DNA of 64,000 nt, from assembly GCA_965655095.1 (NCBI GenBank), contig OZ296652.1, positions 73,408,001 to 73,472,000 of the forward strand. Reading direction: 5' to 3'. The position numbers and the translations under genes are program-made. Shown here in pieces: positions 53,908-64,000 of this stretch. Source of the DNA: Haplodiscus bocki. Its lineage: Eukaryota. The notes under the pieces were generated by a model. That model did not search any database and was not told the origin of the DNA. It was given only the letters and a program-made list of their open reading frames with translations. The number at the start of each line of letters is the position of its first letter. Positions within the stretch are counted from its first letter, which is position 1.

Positions 53908-55257
53908 ATGATGGAAGCTCTTTACCACGACACTAATCTCAAGTTGGAGGAGATTAAAACGTACATTTCTACCTACGAGAAATGTAGCAAAACTCACGAA
54001 CCTCAGATAGTGAAAGACATCGATGAGAAGTTGGCTGTGGTCAGTGCTAATTGTCAAAAGCTAGAAGCCAAAGTTGATCATGAGCCACCAGCACGAAGAC
54101 TTGTGAGTTTTTTGAAATTTGCAGATTGTTTTGCCAAGTTTATTCCGGCCGAAAAATATTCCGACGAAGTATTAGATATTTAATAGCCTTTTTCCTACCT
54201 AAAAGTTTTCAAAAATCCTCAGTTTAGAAAATCATTTTTCTGAAGTGTTTATTCTCGTTATCAACCGAAGTTTTCCTGAAAGCAAGCAGTATTTAGAAGA
54301 GTTCACGTAGTGTTTTGATTTTCGTGTTTTGTTTTAATTGTCCAGCTATGATTGTGTAAAAGTGGCATAAAACACCTAAAATGCTGTTTTTAGTACTTCT
54401 CAAAAATTAATTTGTCTCTTAAACTAATCACTCAATTCCTTTTTATCTAAGGCCTAATCGAAAACTTATTGTATGTAGATTGATTTCAGTGAAGCACTTC
54501 TTCGAGATTTTGTTTCGTTTTCTAGAAAAGATGGTCCAAACATTGCCACGAATGCATATGATGTCTTTTTTTGTTAATTTTTCAAATGCTTTTTCTCTTA
54601 AACTCACCGCTCAATTTTTTTTCATTTACGAGTTCATTGACAGTCTATTAAATGTAAATTCTTTTAATTGGAAGTTTTTTCCTGGTTTTGTTCCAATTTT
54701 TGAAATTTATGGTGCAAAGATTGCTACACATGCATATGATTTGCAATATAGTCAATTTTTGGAAATGTGTTTCCCTGAATTTTGGATTTTATTAGACGGC
54801 TCGAATGAGAGTGAACCAATTGAAGTATGACTACGATCACGTGATCAGGGCGCTGGGAAACATCCAGTTGAAAAAACAAGAACGGGAGCGAGAAGAGTTG
54901 GAGAGAAATGAATTGTTACATCGTAAGTTCCGCCCTAACGATGAGGCAATCGATATAGGAGACTCTTTAGAAATGAACTCAAGATTACAAGTCACAAACA
55001 GAGAATTGGATGCTATTCTATCAACAGGAAACTCCGCCTTGGATCATCTACGAACACAAAGGTCTAACCTCAAAGACTTGCAGCGGAAACTGCTGGATTT
55101 TGCTAACACTCTGGGTCTCTCAACAACAGTCATGCGTTTGATTGAAAAACGTGGCTCTCAAGACAGAATCATTCTTCTTGGAGGAATCGTCATTACCCTA
55201 ATTATAATGTATTTGACAGTATCTTATGTATCAGCTTCTAGAAGTCCCAAAACCTGA
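53908..55257 (+). CDS. GOSR2: Golgi SNAP receptor complex member 2 (membrin/GS27, Qb-SNARE); exons 53908-54102 and 54796-55257, 218 aa
   Basis: MEALYHDTN, EPP.RR..ARMRVNQLKYD, EREELL-like segment, SNARE motif ANTLGLSTTVMRLIEKR, C-terminal transmembrane segment. Phase-0 intron CTT|GTGAGT ... attag|ACG. Confidence 0.93.
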
Positions 55258-55510
55258 AACTGGTAAACAATCAAGGGTTGCAGCTCAAATGGTTCATCGG
55301 ATTGGATAAATTTCATTATGATTAAAAATAAATGTTTTTTGTTTCTAAACTGGGAAGAATTTTTTTCGTGGAGACATTTTATTTTGAATGTGAGAAAATA
55401 TATATTCAGCACAATCGATCCAATTGAATGTTTTAATTAGTGAATAATTTTTTGAGGAAATGAAAATTGGTGTTTAATTGATTGCGTGAAGTCAATGATG
55501 AATTTGCTTT

Positions 55511-58500
55511 TCAAATTACAGGCATTTCCTCCTTTTCGACGAAAATTTGAATGAACATTGCGTCATCTCTCACATAATGATACTTTCTTTTGAGAGCTGC
55601 CAGAGGTGCGAATTGGGCAACTCCGAAGTAGTTGTTTCTTTCCTTTTTGGGTTGCTGTAGTGCTTCTTTTACTCGCTCATCATCGGGATCCGGTGTGAAA
55701 GTGATTGAAATGTCTCGTCTGGCGTCAATGTCTGGGTTTTGGTCCAGCAATCGCACTGTAATGGTTGCTTTGAGGGGCCACGGAAGTAAGTTGTCATATT
55801 TTCCTCGACACACAAAGAAGAAGATTGGAATGCATTTTCCAAAACCTAAAGAAGTGAAGAAATTGGACCACATTCCCAAGAAAAAAACCAAGTTCGCAAT
55901 TCTCAAGGAGTCATACTGAACTAGATTTTCCTTTTGATGTGTTCGATTGTTTCAATTGCATCTAAATTCAATTGTCGTTGATTTAGAATTTCTCGTTTCT
56001 TTAGCAGTGATTTCACTTCCACTGAACACTACAAAGGTATCGAGGGAAATTTAGAACAGTTTAAACCAAGGGGGCGAACTTTGAATTGTTGTATATACCC
56101 AATATTTTTGGATGTAATCCAGCATGTTGAAAAGGCATCAAAATAAAATCTAGCTTTAGTTTTATGTGAACTTTTGAACTGTGAAAAGTTTATTTTCTTG
56201 AAAAGTATTGTGGAACATAGGATTTTTGTTATCAGCTTTCATTGATTGATTGATCATTGGCTGACCTCAAATAATAGTTGATTACACATCTATACATACA
56301 TATATAACTAAAATAGTATGAACTCTCCGCTGAAGTTGGCGCAGATGTTGATCCTTGTTAAATATGGGTGGTATTTTGAACTTGATTCTAGAAACTTTTG
56401 AAGCTAAGTTCGTGATAAAGTACCCTAATTTTTGACAAAATTATAGTCATCATTGATAACCTGCACCCGTGCCAAAGGGACACGTTGCCGCCATCATTCT
56501 GTATCCGTGAGGTGCTGTGTAGAAAGGTGTACTGTATATGGTGACTTTGTCTTGTCTTCTCGCAGATTGAATTTTATCGGCAACGCTCTAAAATTGGTGT
56601 CAGTACACAATAACCAACGTTATAATACACAATATCAAAATATCCAATCTGGCATAATTCCCAATGCCGATTCATGTCATCTCGTCCAAAACAATTCCAA
56701 CTTATGCACTTTCAGCCTACGTAATGTAAACCGTTCGCTTTTTCAACTTTCTATACTTTTGACACCCATTGAAATTTTGACCCTTTTAGACATTCTGACT
56801 GAAAGGAAGAATTTGTATTTAAAGTGGCTTATGCCTACAAACTTTTTTGTTTCTTGGGCATCAAGTGAAACCTAATGCCTGTCGATTTTACTTGGTTCTT
56901 TTTCTCAGCTAATGTTTTCGTGACTGACCGACTGGGCATAGCTGATCGTGTTTTCCGCTTTTTCAAAATGGTCACCATTCATCCCGTCTCAAATTTGTTG
57001 ATTCCCAAACAGTCGAAATTGACCAGTAAATCATTATATGCTCTGGAACTTCCGACGCTTTGATTATTCTGTAGGTTTTCGACGCGATGGGAGAGTTTTC
57101 GGTGCTTTGATTAGTCTTCAGTTTTTTGACGCGATGGGAGTTTTTTGCTGGGTTTTCTATCGAATTTTCTACTATTCTCAATTCTTAGTGCGTAATCCTT
57201 CCACCCTTGGTGCCTATGTTTTTTCTTTGAATTTGCAAACACCGGCTGGACTGGCCAGCTGAGTGAGAATGAAGAACAAAAATATTTATTTTTATTCGTT
57301 TTAGTTTACAGTTTTGGTTCCCCACGCTAGAGCGGACGCCACTCTTCGCTATTTACTCTACGATGTTAAGAAAATGAATCCACTGCCAAGTACTTGAATC
57401 AAATATTGTCAAGTTTTTCGATCTAATTCGCATGTTTTTTCAAAATGGTGACCAGTCATTGCGTTGAAATAATGTTGATTCTAGAAGCATCGAAAAATTG
57501 CAAATTATTCAAAGCGTCGCAAATTTTTAAATTTCCAAATGAAATATTCGACACTTTGACTGTTCGACGCAAAGAGAACTCTTGCTGAATTCGCCCAATT
57601 CATATTTTGTTTTGCAAATTGGTGGGATAATTTCGCTAATTCCTTTTTTTTTCATTTCTAAATGATGTTTTTGATGTGTTTTCTGGTATAAAATTTGAAA
57701 AAGTATAGCATTTACTGAGGCTGGAACGCACAACCTGTAGAATCGAAACACTTTTTCCTGGACCATATAAAATGTAAAAAAAAATATGCTACACCGGAGT
57801 TTGAACCCTGGACGCGTGGTTTCGGTATCCTTTTGTCCTACCCTCTAGAGCAACAATCACTTTGGGTTGGGAAAGTATAGTTTTTTGTAGAATTTGGTCG
57901 ATTTCGATGGTCTTAAAAATAAAAATACAAAAGTCACTATAAAAGCCGGTTACTTTTTTTTTAAAATTGCGCCAACTAATAACAATGCGTTTTGAAAAAA
58001 TCTCAAGAACACAATTTCTGACAAATTTCGGTATACTGCTAAGGTATGTTTTTGAAAATTATCGAAAAGAAACGGCACAAACTCGAATTTCTCTCCCAAA
58101 AATGTGTATATATGGGCAAGTTTCTTCAGACTAACTTCTAACAGGTTTTTAGTTTCAGGAAAATAGTCATCAAACCGGGAAAGCTCCTCGTTGGCGTTGC
58201 TTTCCGGTTTAAATTTCTGTGTGTTGAATTTTTTGTGCATTCATTCGTGGCATCACCAAATTTTTTGTTGCTGGTGTTTTCGGAGATATTTTGGTCGATG
58301 CGAAAGGGAATGTTACGAAAAAGACTTTCAGACCGATTGGCGCATTTTTGCTCAGAAATGCGCAGATAAATATATAATGTTCAAAAAGTTGTCAAAAGCA
58401 TAATTAATGATGGAATTCAAAGCTGCAATCTTCGGATTTTGAACACCTTTGACCTACCGACTAAGTTACGAAGCCCATTTTGTGTGAATTTTAGTGAAGT

Positions 58501-60550
58501 TCCTAAAAGCGCTCCTTTGGTTATCGAGAAAAAATATCCGGAAACGGCAATAGTTGGCGTCGCCCGTAAGGCCCTATATGTATCCATGAGGGTCCTTTGT
58601 TTTGGAAAAATTGGTTTTTCCTTCAAAATTTGGAGTAGTCACGTTTTTTCTTGTAAATTGTATGCCTCTTCGGTGCGATATAGACTGTGAGAAAAATCAT
58701 TGGTCAAACATTTTGATGTATGCTTTTCCAAATTTTTCGCATTCAAGGTTGTTTTCGCGTTCCTGGCCTCAAGTCCTTGTCGTGAAATTGATGCGTGACT
58801 GAAAATTTCAGTGCTGCAACAGTTTAGGCACTTCGTAGTTTTCTCCTGGAAAAAAGCCATAAGGCGGGCGCTTTGTTATAAAATGAGACTTCGAAAAAAG
58901 AAACTACTGTAATAGTGGTGCATATCATTTTATAAAACACCAACTAAAATTGTTCAGAAGGTACCAGAACAATGGGCCCGCAGAAGTCTTCGATATATGG
59001 AACGAAATTTTACCTACATTCAAAATTTTGACATAAACCCTAAACTGCTGTGATGCCCCATTTGCATGTTAGCAAAATGTTTTCGAAAAAAATGCCAATT
59101 TGTTTCAACAAAGATACCTTCCTTCTACGTACCTTTTTTGAGAGTTGTATTTGATTGGAAGAAAACTACTTTGAGATGATCAACTTTCCTCAATTAATTG
59201 GGTGTTTAATAATTGGCTAATGCAGCGTTGCGTATTTTCACCGTTGGGTATTATGGCATGTAACCTCTAAAATCAATGCTTTCAGAGCAACATTTTTTTC
59301 TCAAAAAACTTTACAAAACTTATTGAGGTAGCAATTAGCTAATTTTTTTCCCAAAAAAATTACCGCTCTTCCGTATTTTTGACTGTCTTTATGCGAAAGC
59401 GATATAGGGTAAAGAGACGAATCACTGGGAGTGCCGGAGAAGCTTTTGAATATATTGAAAGAGTCTGAAGTCCTATGCGAGACAGGCTTCTTTGTTTACG
59501 CGTTGTGAGACCAATTAAATTGCGGGTTTTTGAAGTCTGGTTAATCCATTCTTTCATCTTGTGAGAAACTTGCCTATTGTGACACAATCCTTCCCAAGCT
59601 GAGTGTTTGATCTATTTGTTAGCTCACCTCAATTCTCCACAACATGCTTGACTTGTTTGCTGCACTAGGGTCCATGACTCTTTGAATGATGATGTTTTGA
59701 GGGATTTCTGTCATGGCTTGATCACTATCAATCGATACTCCTCCTTTACCCTGAAATTTGAAGCGCTATCAACAGCTTATCAACCTTCAATATTTAACCG
59801 TCTTAAGATTGAAATGTTCACCTGGACGACTTTCACTTCACATTGTGTTCGAGGAATAACAACTGGTTTCCGCTCTGGTTGTATAATTTGAGGCGGATTT
59901 TCATGGTCTACTGCTGCTCCATCATGACTACCTGATGAGTCTTTGTCTGAACGTCCATTTCCTGTATTGCCATTCGGATGCTGACTCGCATTCTGGGGAC
60001 GCTTGACTTTGGGTCGACAAAATGAGCATGGACAGTCATCGAATGTTTTGTATGTATACCTAGGCATTCTTTTCACCTTTTTGTTGTTGTCAGGATTACT
60101 AACCAAGGCGATCTCAGTCTCGATTGGATGGCTTGGCTCGTCGCAGTCCTTTTTGGAACCTTCATTTATACATCCATCCAGTGGTGATGACGTGTTAGGC
60201 CTATCGACCTTGCTTATTTTGGTTGACCCATTTACGCTTTCAATCGTCCCTGAGGACCCGGATCTTTGATTATCCGGAGTGCTTGCTTGGTTTGGTGAAT
60301 CTGTGCCAGTTATTATATCGTCGTTTTTGGTGAATGGCTTCGAATTTTTGTCTTCCAAAGACTTGGGTCTTTGCTGCTGTGTGGGCGATGCAGCCATAGC
60401 TGATGTTGACTCCCCTCTGCGTATTGGATCGTCCTCTAATCCGTCTTCGTTTGTCAAAATGGCGTTTTCGTCATTGTCATTTTCTCCAGCGGTAACATCT
60501 GAGTGTCTCTGCAGTTCATTTGTTCCTCCGTGTTCCGCGTTTCCTGCCAT
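55511..60550 (-). CDS. TRAF-type MATH-domain protein with a long low-complexity N-terminus and no RING/zinc fingers; exons 60550-59822, 59750-59628, 56587-56461, 55845-55511, ~437 aa
   Basis: Spliced product reads SMLWRIE|SVADK...IYSTPFYTAPHGYRM...G.G.G|...RGKYDNLLPWP...LLDQ...YVRDDAMFI, typical of the TRAF-C domain. Introns are GT-AG in phases 0, 0, 1. Confidence 0.85.
57790..57855 (-). mobile_element. tRNA-like SINE head or tRNA pseudogene in the TRAF intron
   Basis: Reverse complement gttgctctagagggtaggac...cagggttcaaactccggtg has an A-box-like motif and a good B-box (GGTTCAAAC); stems are imperfect. Confidence 0.4.
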
Positions 60551-60801
60551 AGTTAATTGGATGATAATGAATATGGAGTGATGTTGGCTGCTTGGAAACT
60601 TAAAATTATACGCTCTACACTGCACGCATTGCTTCAGGAAAGATACTCAAGTGCTGTTTTTTGTTTGAACACACGGGATGATTTTTCTACCATTATGAAT
60701 AATTGATACATCGGTTTTTGGTTGCTGGGATTAAATATTTATTTAGACAAACTCTACTGATAAAAAATGGTGGAACATGTAACTTCGAATAAAAGCCAGC
60801 T

Positions 60802-62880
60802 ATGTTCATTTCAGAGGTTGTTCGTGCAAAAATGATACAGTCGAAGCGAAGTAAAGTTGATGACAGCGTAGACTGGATGGTTCATCAAAATCGAGCCACG
60901 CATAAGACAAACGACTTTGAAGATGTTGCATTGATAGTACGAAGGGGATTCCCTATTAGTTTCAAAACGTGCAGTGCCATAGACGGTGTAACTTTTTCAG
61001 CTGTCACGTCGAGTGAAAACGGCGGGACGAGTGCTACGACTTGCAAATCGAAAAGAGCCGTGACTGATGTTTTGCTTTCGCCTAAGAAACCATCTGTTTC
61101 AGGCTGGGTTTTAAAGTGTTCGGAAAGCGGCGATACCGCTGAATATGAATTGTCAGTCACTCCTCCTGCAAACTGTGTGGTTGGCAATTGGGTAGCGTCT
61201 GTAAGATTTGAAGGCGAAGAATTCCAACAAGGCTTAATTATATTGTTCAACCCGTTTTGTGAAAAAGATCAAGTATACATGGAGAATGTAGACGAACACG
61301 AGGAGTACGTTATGACAGACACGGGACTTGTTTTTGGAGCCGCATCTTGGAAACTGAAACCGGAAGGTTGGGGATGGATTTTTGGGCAGTTTGATTCCCA
61401 GGTTCTGTACTGCTGTTTGTACCTGCTAGAAAAAAGCTCGTTAAGTACGGTTTCCAAAAGTAGCGCAGTTCTTGTAAGCAGAGCAATGAGCGCGATGGTC
61501 AATGCACAGGATGACGATGGAGTTCTAGTCGGGAACTGGAGCGGAGACTACTCAGGTGGCGTCGACCCCAGTGAGTGGGGAAGCTCCGTTGACATACTTC
61601 TGCAGTATTATCAGACGAAAAAGCCTGTCTGCTACGGACAATGCTGGGTTTTTTCGGGCGTTTTGGTAACCGTGTTGAGAGCACTAGGAATACCTTGTAG
61701 ATCTGTTACTAACTATCGCTCGGCACATGATACTGAACTAAACATGGCGATTGACATTTTTCATGATAAGAATGGGGATAAGATAGAAACTGACGACTCT
61801 GTCTGGAATTTTCATTTATGGAATGAGGTGTGGACCAAACGGCCAGATTTGCCCGCCGGATACGATGGGTGGCAAGCTTTAGATGCAACACCTCAGGAGA
61901 TGAGTGACGGGCTATATCAAGCGGGCCCATCTTCGTTGAAAGCAATCAAATCCGGAGCAGTTTATCTTCCCTATGACGCAAGATTCATTTTTGCGGAAGT
62001 GAACGCTGATCGTGTGTACTGGCATGAAAACGAAGACGGTGATTACGAAATCAAGAAAATAGACAAAACTCATGTTGGAAAGATGGTCGTTACCAAAGCT
62101 GTTCGGTCTGATAAGCCTGAGTACATCACTGATCAATACAAACACAAAGAAGGATCTCAAGAAGAGCGTCATCAAACTCGTTTGGCTGTAACTTTCGGCA
62201 CAGAACCAGATCTGTACAAATGCGCTGAAAAACAGGAAGAAATCGACATGAAGTTTGATTGCGATTTTGACTACATAGTCATCGGAGAACCTGTTCATTA
62301 TAACTTGCAGCTAAATTTAAACACACTTCCTTCTGCGAATGTAGTGTTAAATGCAACTGCTAGTATTTACAATTACAATGGCAAGTTCATTGGACGAGTA
62401 GGTTCTCAACAGCACAAGTTGAAACTACCGGAGCAAAGTAGCTTCACTGGAAGTTTTCTGCCTGAAGATTATGCGCCACATGCTAACTTTCGAAGCTTTC
62501 TCAAAATTTCAATAATGTACAATCTTCCCGAAGAAAATGACATGGGTTTCCTGGAAGAAGAAATTCCCCTGAGAGCGCCACCTCCGACCTTAACTGTTCA
62601 TGGACAAGCTCCGTTTCTCTACAGTAGACCTATTAAACTCACTTTTTCAATTACAAATAAATTTCTAGCCACCTTAACTGGAGGGTATTTCAAACTCAAT
62701 GCGCCTGGTTTCAGTTCTCGTAAGTTTCTGTACATCGAGCAAAATCTCGCCCATGGCGACACCTGCACATTCGACTTGGAGTACACTCCTAAAAGGCGGG
62801 GTGATATCTATCTTGTTGTGTCATTCAGTTCCGATCAGCACAAGGGACTACAAGGGTACAACAGCATCACAGTGTCATAA
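60802..62880 (+). CDS. Protein-glutamine gamma-glutamyltransferase (transglutaminase), single coding exon; the true start may be the ATG at 60832
   Basis: 692-aa ORF with LIVRRG, ILFNPF, WIFGQF, GVLVGNWSGDY and an intact triad YGQCWVF (Cys), WNFHLWNE (His), GWQALDATPQE (Asp), then FIFAEVNAD, ITDQYK and C-terminal barrel region. Confidence 0.96.
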   Translation: MFISEVVRAKMIQSKRSKVDDSVDWMVHQNRATHKTNDFEDVALIVRRGFPISFKTCSAIDGVTFSAVTSSENGGTSATTCKSKRAVTDVLLSPKKPSVSGWVLKCSESGDTAEYELSVTPPANCVVGNWVASVRFEGEEFQQGLIILFNPFCEKDQVYMENVDEHEEYVMTDTGLVFGAASWKLKPEGWGWIFGQFDSQVLYCCLYLLEKSSLSTVSKSSAVLVSRAMSAMVNAQDDDGVLVGNWSGDYSGGVDPSEWGSSVDILLQYYQTKKPVCYGQCWVFSGVLVTVLRALGIPCRSVTNYRSAHDTELNMAIDIFHDKNGDKIETDDSVWNFHLWNEVWTKRPDLPAGYDGWQALDATPQEMSDGLYQAGPSSLKAIKSGAVYLPYDARFIFAEVNADRVYWHENEDGDYEIKKIDKTHVGKMVVTKAVRSDKPEYITDQYKHKEGSQEERHQTRLAVTFGTEPDLYKCAEKQEEIDMKFDCDFDYIVIGEPVHYNLQLNLNTLPSANVVLNATASIYNYNGKFIGRVGSQQHKLKLPEQSSFTGSFLPEDYAPHANFRSFLKISIMYNLPEENDMGFLEEEIPLRAPPPTLTVHGQAPFLYSRPIKLTFSITNKFLATLTGGYFKLNAPGFSSRKFLYIEQNLAHGDTCTFDLEYTPKRRGDIYLVVSFSSDQHKGLQGYNSITVS

Positions 62881-64000
62881 ACTACTCCATCTTTCATCAA
62901 TATGCTTCTTGCTCTCACAATCCGTATCTGTGGCTTTTAACGTCTTGAAACATTTTTGCAACACGGCCATATGACAATGCAGTAACAGTGAATGATTCCT
63001 GAAACCTGAAATTATCGAAAAGGAATGTATATATTTTTCTCACAGTGCACCGTGAAGCATTAAATTTCTGGTTATTTAAAAGCAGATACTTGTTTTCTCT
63101 TTTTTTTTTGCAATTTGAACAATTTTGAGAAGCTCTGAATTACCGCAGAAAAGTGATGTACATTCAGTGTTAAGCAGTTCCGTCATGAATTAAAAGTGCA
63201 TGTTTTTTTCCCAAAAAAATTCAGGTCTCAAATTTGATGTTCCTTTTTTCTAATGCTATTAATTATTACTTGGCATAATGAGACACATGCCTTTTGAATT
63301 TGACTTACCTTTGAAAAGATAACAAAAGCGGTCAAATATGACGGCATTGTTACGCTTTTCTGATTTTGTTTTCGTGAAATCTCACTGAAAAGCATCCGCT
63401 AATGCTTGCGAAATTGCGAAATACTATTATCTATTTAATCTATCGATAATGTTTTCAGGTTTATTACTTGCCTAAATTTCATTGTACAACTATCCTGGCT
63501 TGTTTTCGATCATGGCTTGTTTTCGATATTAATAAATTGTGGTTTTATGAAGTAACGCGTTTGCTCATTTGATGACAATAACCCAGTTTTGTTCTGTTAT
63601 TTATTTATTTGTTATGTTTTCATTATGCTATTTGTGTTAGATTTTGTGTCAGTTTTGTGTATTAAAATTCGTCTACATTGAAAACAAACGTTTGTATTCT
63701 AGTTTGAACTTACCAAGAAACAACGCATTGCTTTCCACGAGACGCGTCGTATACAAAAAATTCGTTCTGGCCCGCATGTTCCTGGCCCGCAATCCTGGTC
63801 CGAAACTGATGGATGCCTGAAATTTTTGGAAACCGAACAATTCGTAGCTCTACGCGGGGTAAAAGAGACTTCATACTCGGTACTTGTCGAATACTTTTTG
63901 AAAACGCCGACCAAAACTTCCACCCTTATAAAATATGGATGGAAAGTCATCCACTCAAAGGAGTGCTTTTTTTTCGTTCACTTGCCAATTGTCCGAGCAA

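Noticed and set aside
56757-56798. Possible 42-nt TRAF micro-exon (SECLKGSKFQWVSK) with AG/GT borders
   Set aside because: Exon 59750-59628 ends in SMLWRIE, a much better match to the TRAF LIWKI strand, and joins exon 3 in phase.
56820-57262. Extra TRAF exon after an acceptor-like site near 57260
   Set aside because: The frames checked hit stops and the region has a short internal duplication, so it looks intronic.
60885-62298. Antisense ORFs over the transglutaminase (and similar ones over HTATIP2 and the kinase)
   Set aside because: Shadow ORFs of real coding sequence with no independent motifs.
63496-63810. Short tandem duplications (tggcttgttttcgat x2; ctggcccgca x2)
   Set aside because: Too short to suggest more than replication slippage.

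Overview
AT-rich eukaryotic DNA, most likely from an invertebrate animal (spliceosomal introns, TRAF and transglutaminase genes); the species cannot be named from the sequence. Seven protein-coding genes can be assembled by hand with frame-consistent splice sites: two tandem HTATIP2/TIP30 paralogues, a fructosamine/ketosamine-3-kinase, GGTase-I beta (PGGT1B), GOSR2/membrin, a RING-less TRAF-type MATH protein (minus strand) and an intronless transglutaminase. The rest is mostly decayed repeats: two CRE-like non-LTR retrotransposons, probable APE-type LINE relics, tRNA-like SINE heads, a foldback element and degenerate tandem repeats. The most notable observations are: (1) the TIP30 paralogues share a near-identical 1.29-kb upstream+exon 1 block ending exactly at the splice donor, while their second exons are only ~70% identical in protein; (2) splice-acceptor-like sites lie just upstream of most start codons, raising a trans-splicing/operon hypothesis; (3) a divergent TRAF lies head-to-head with the transglutaminase; (4) a retrotransposon carries an inversion with both breakpoints duplicated; (5) the kinase needs a GC-AG intron. 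No wholly new system is proven. All family calls rest on recognised motifs, not database searches.
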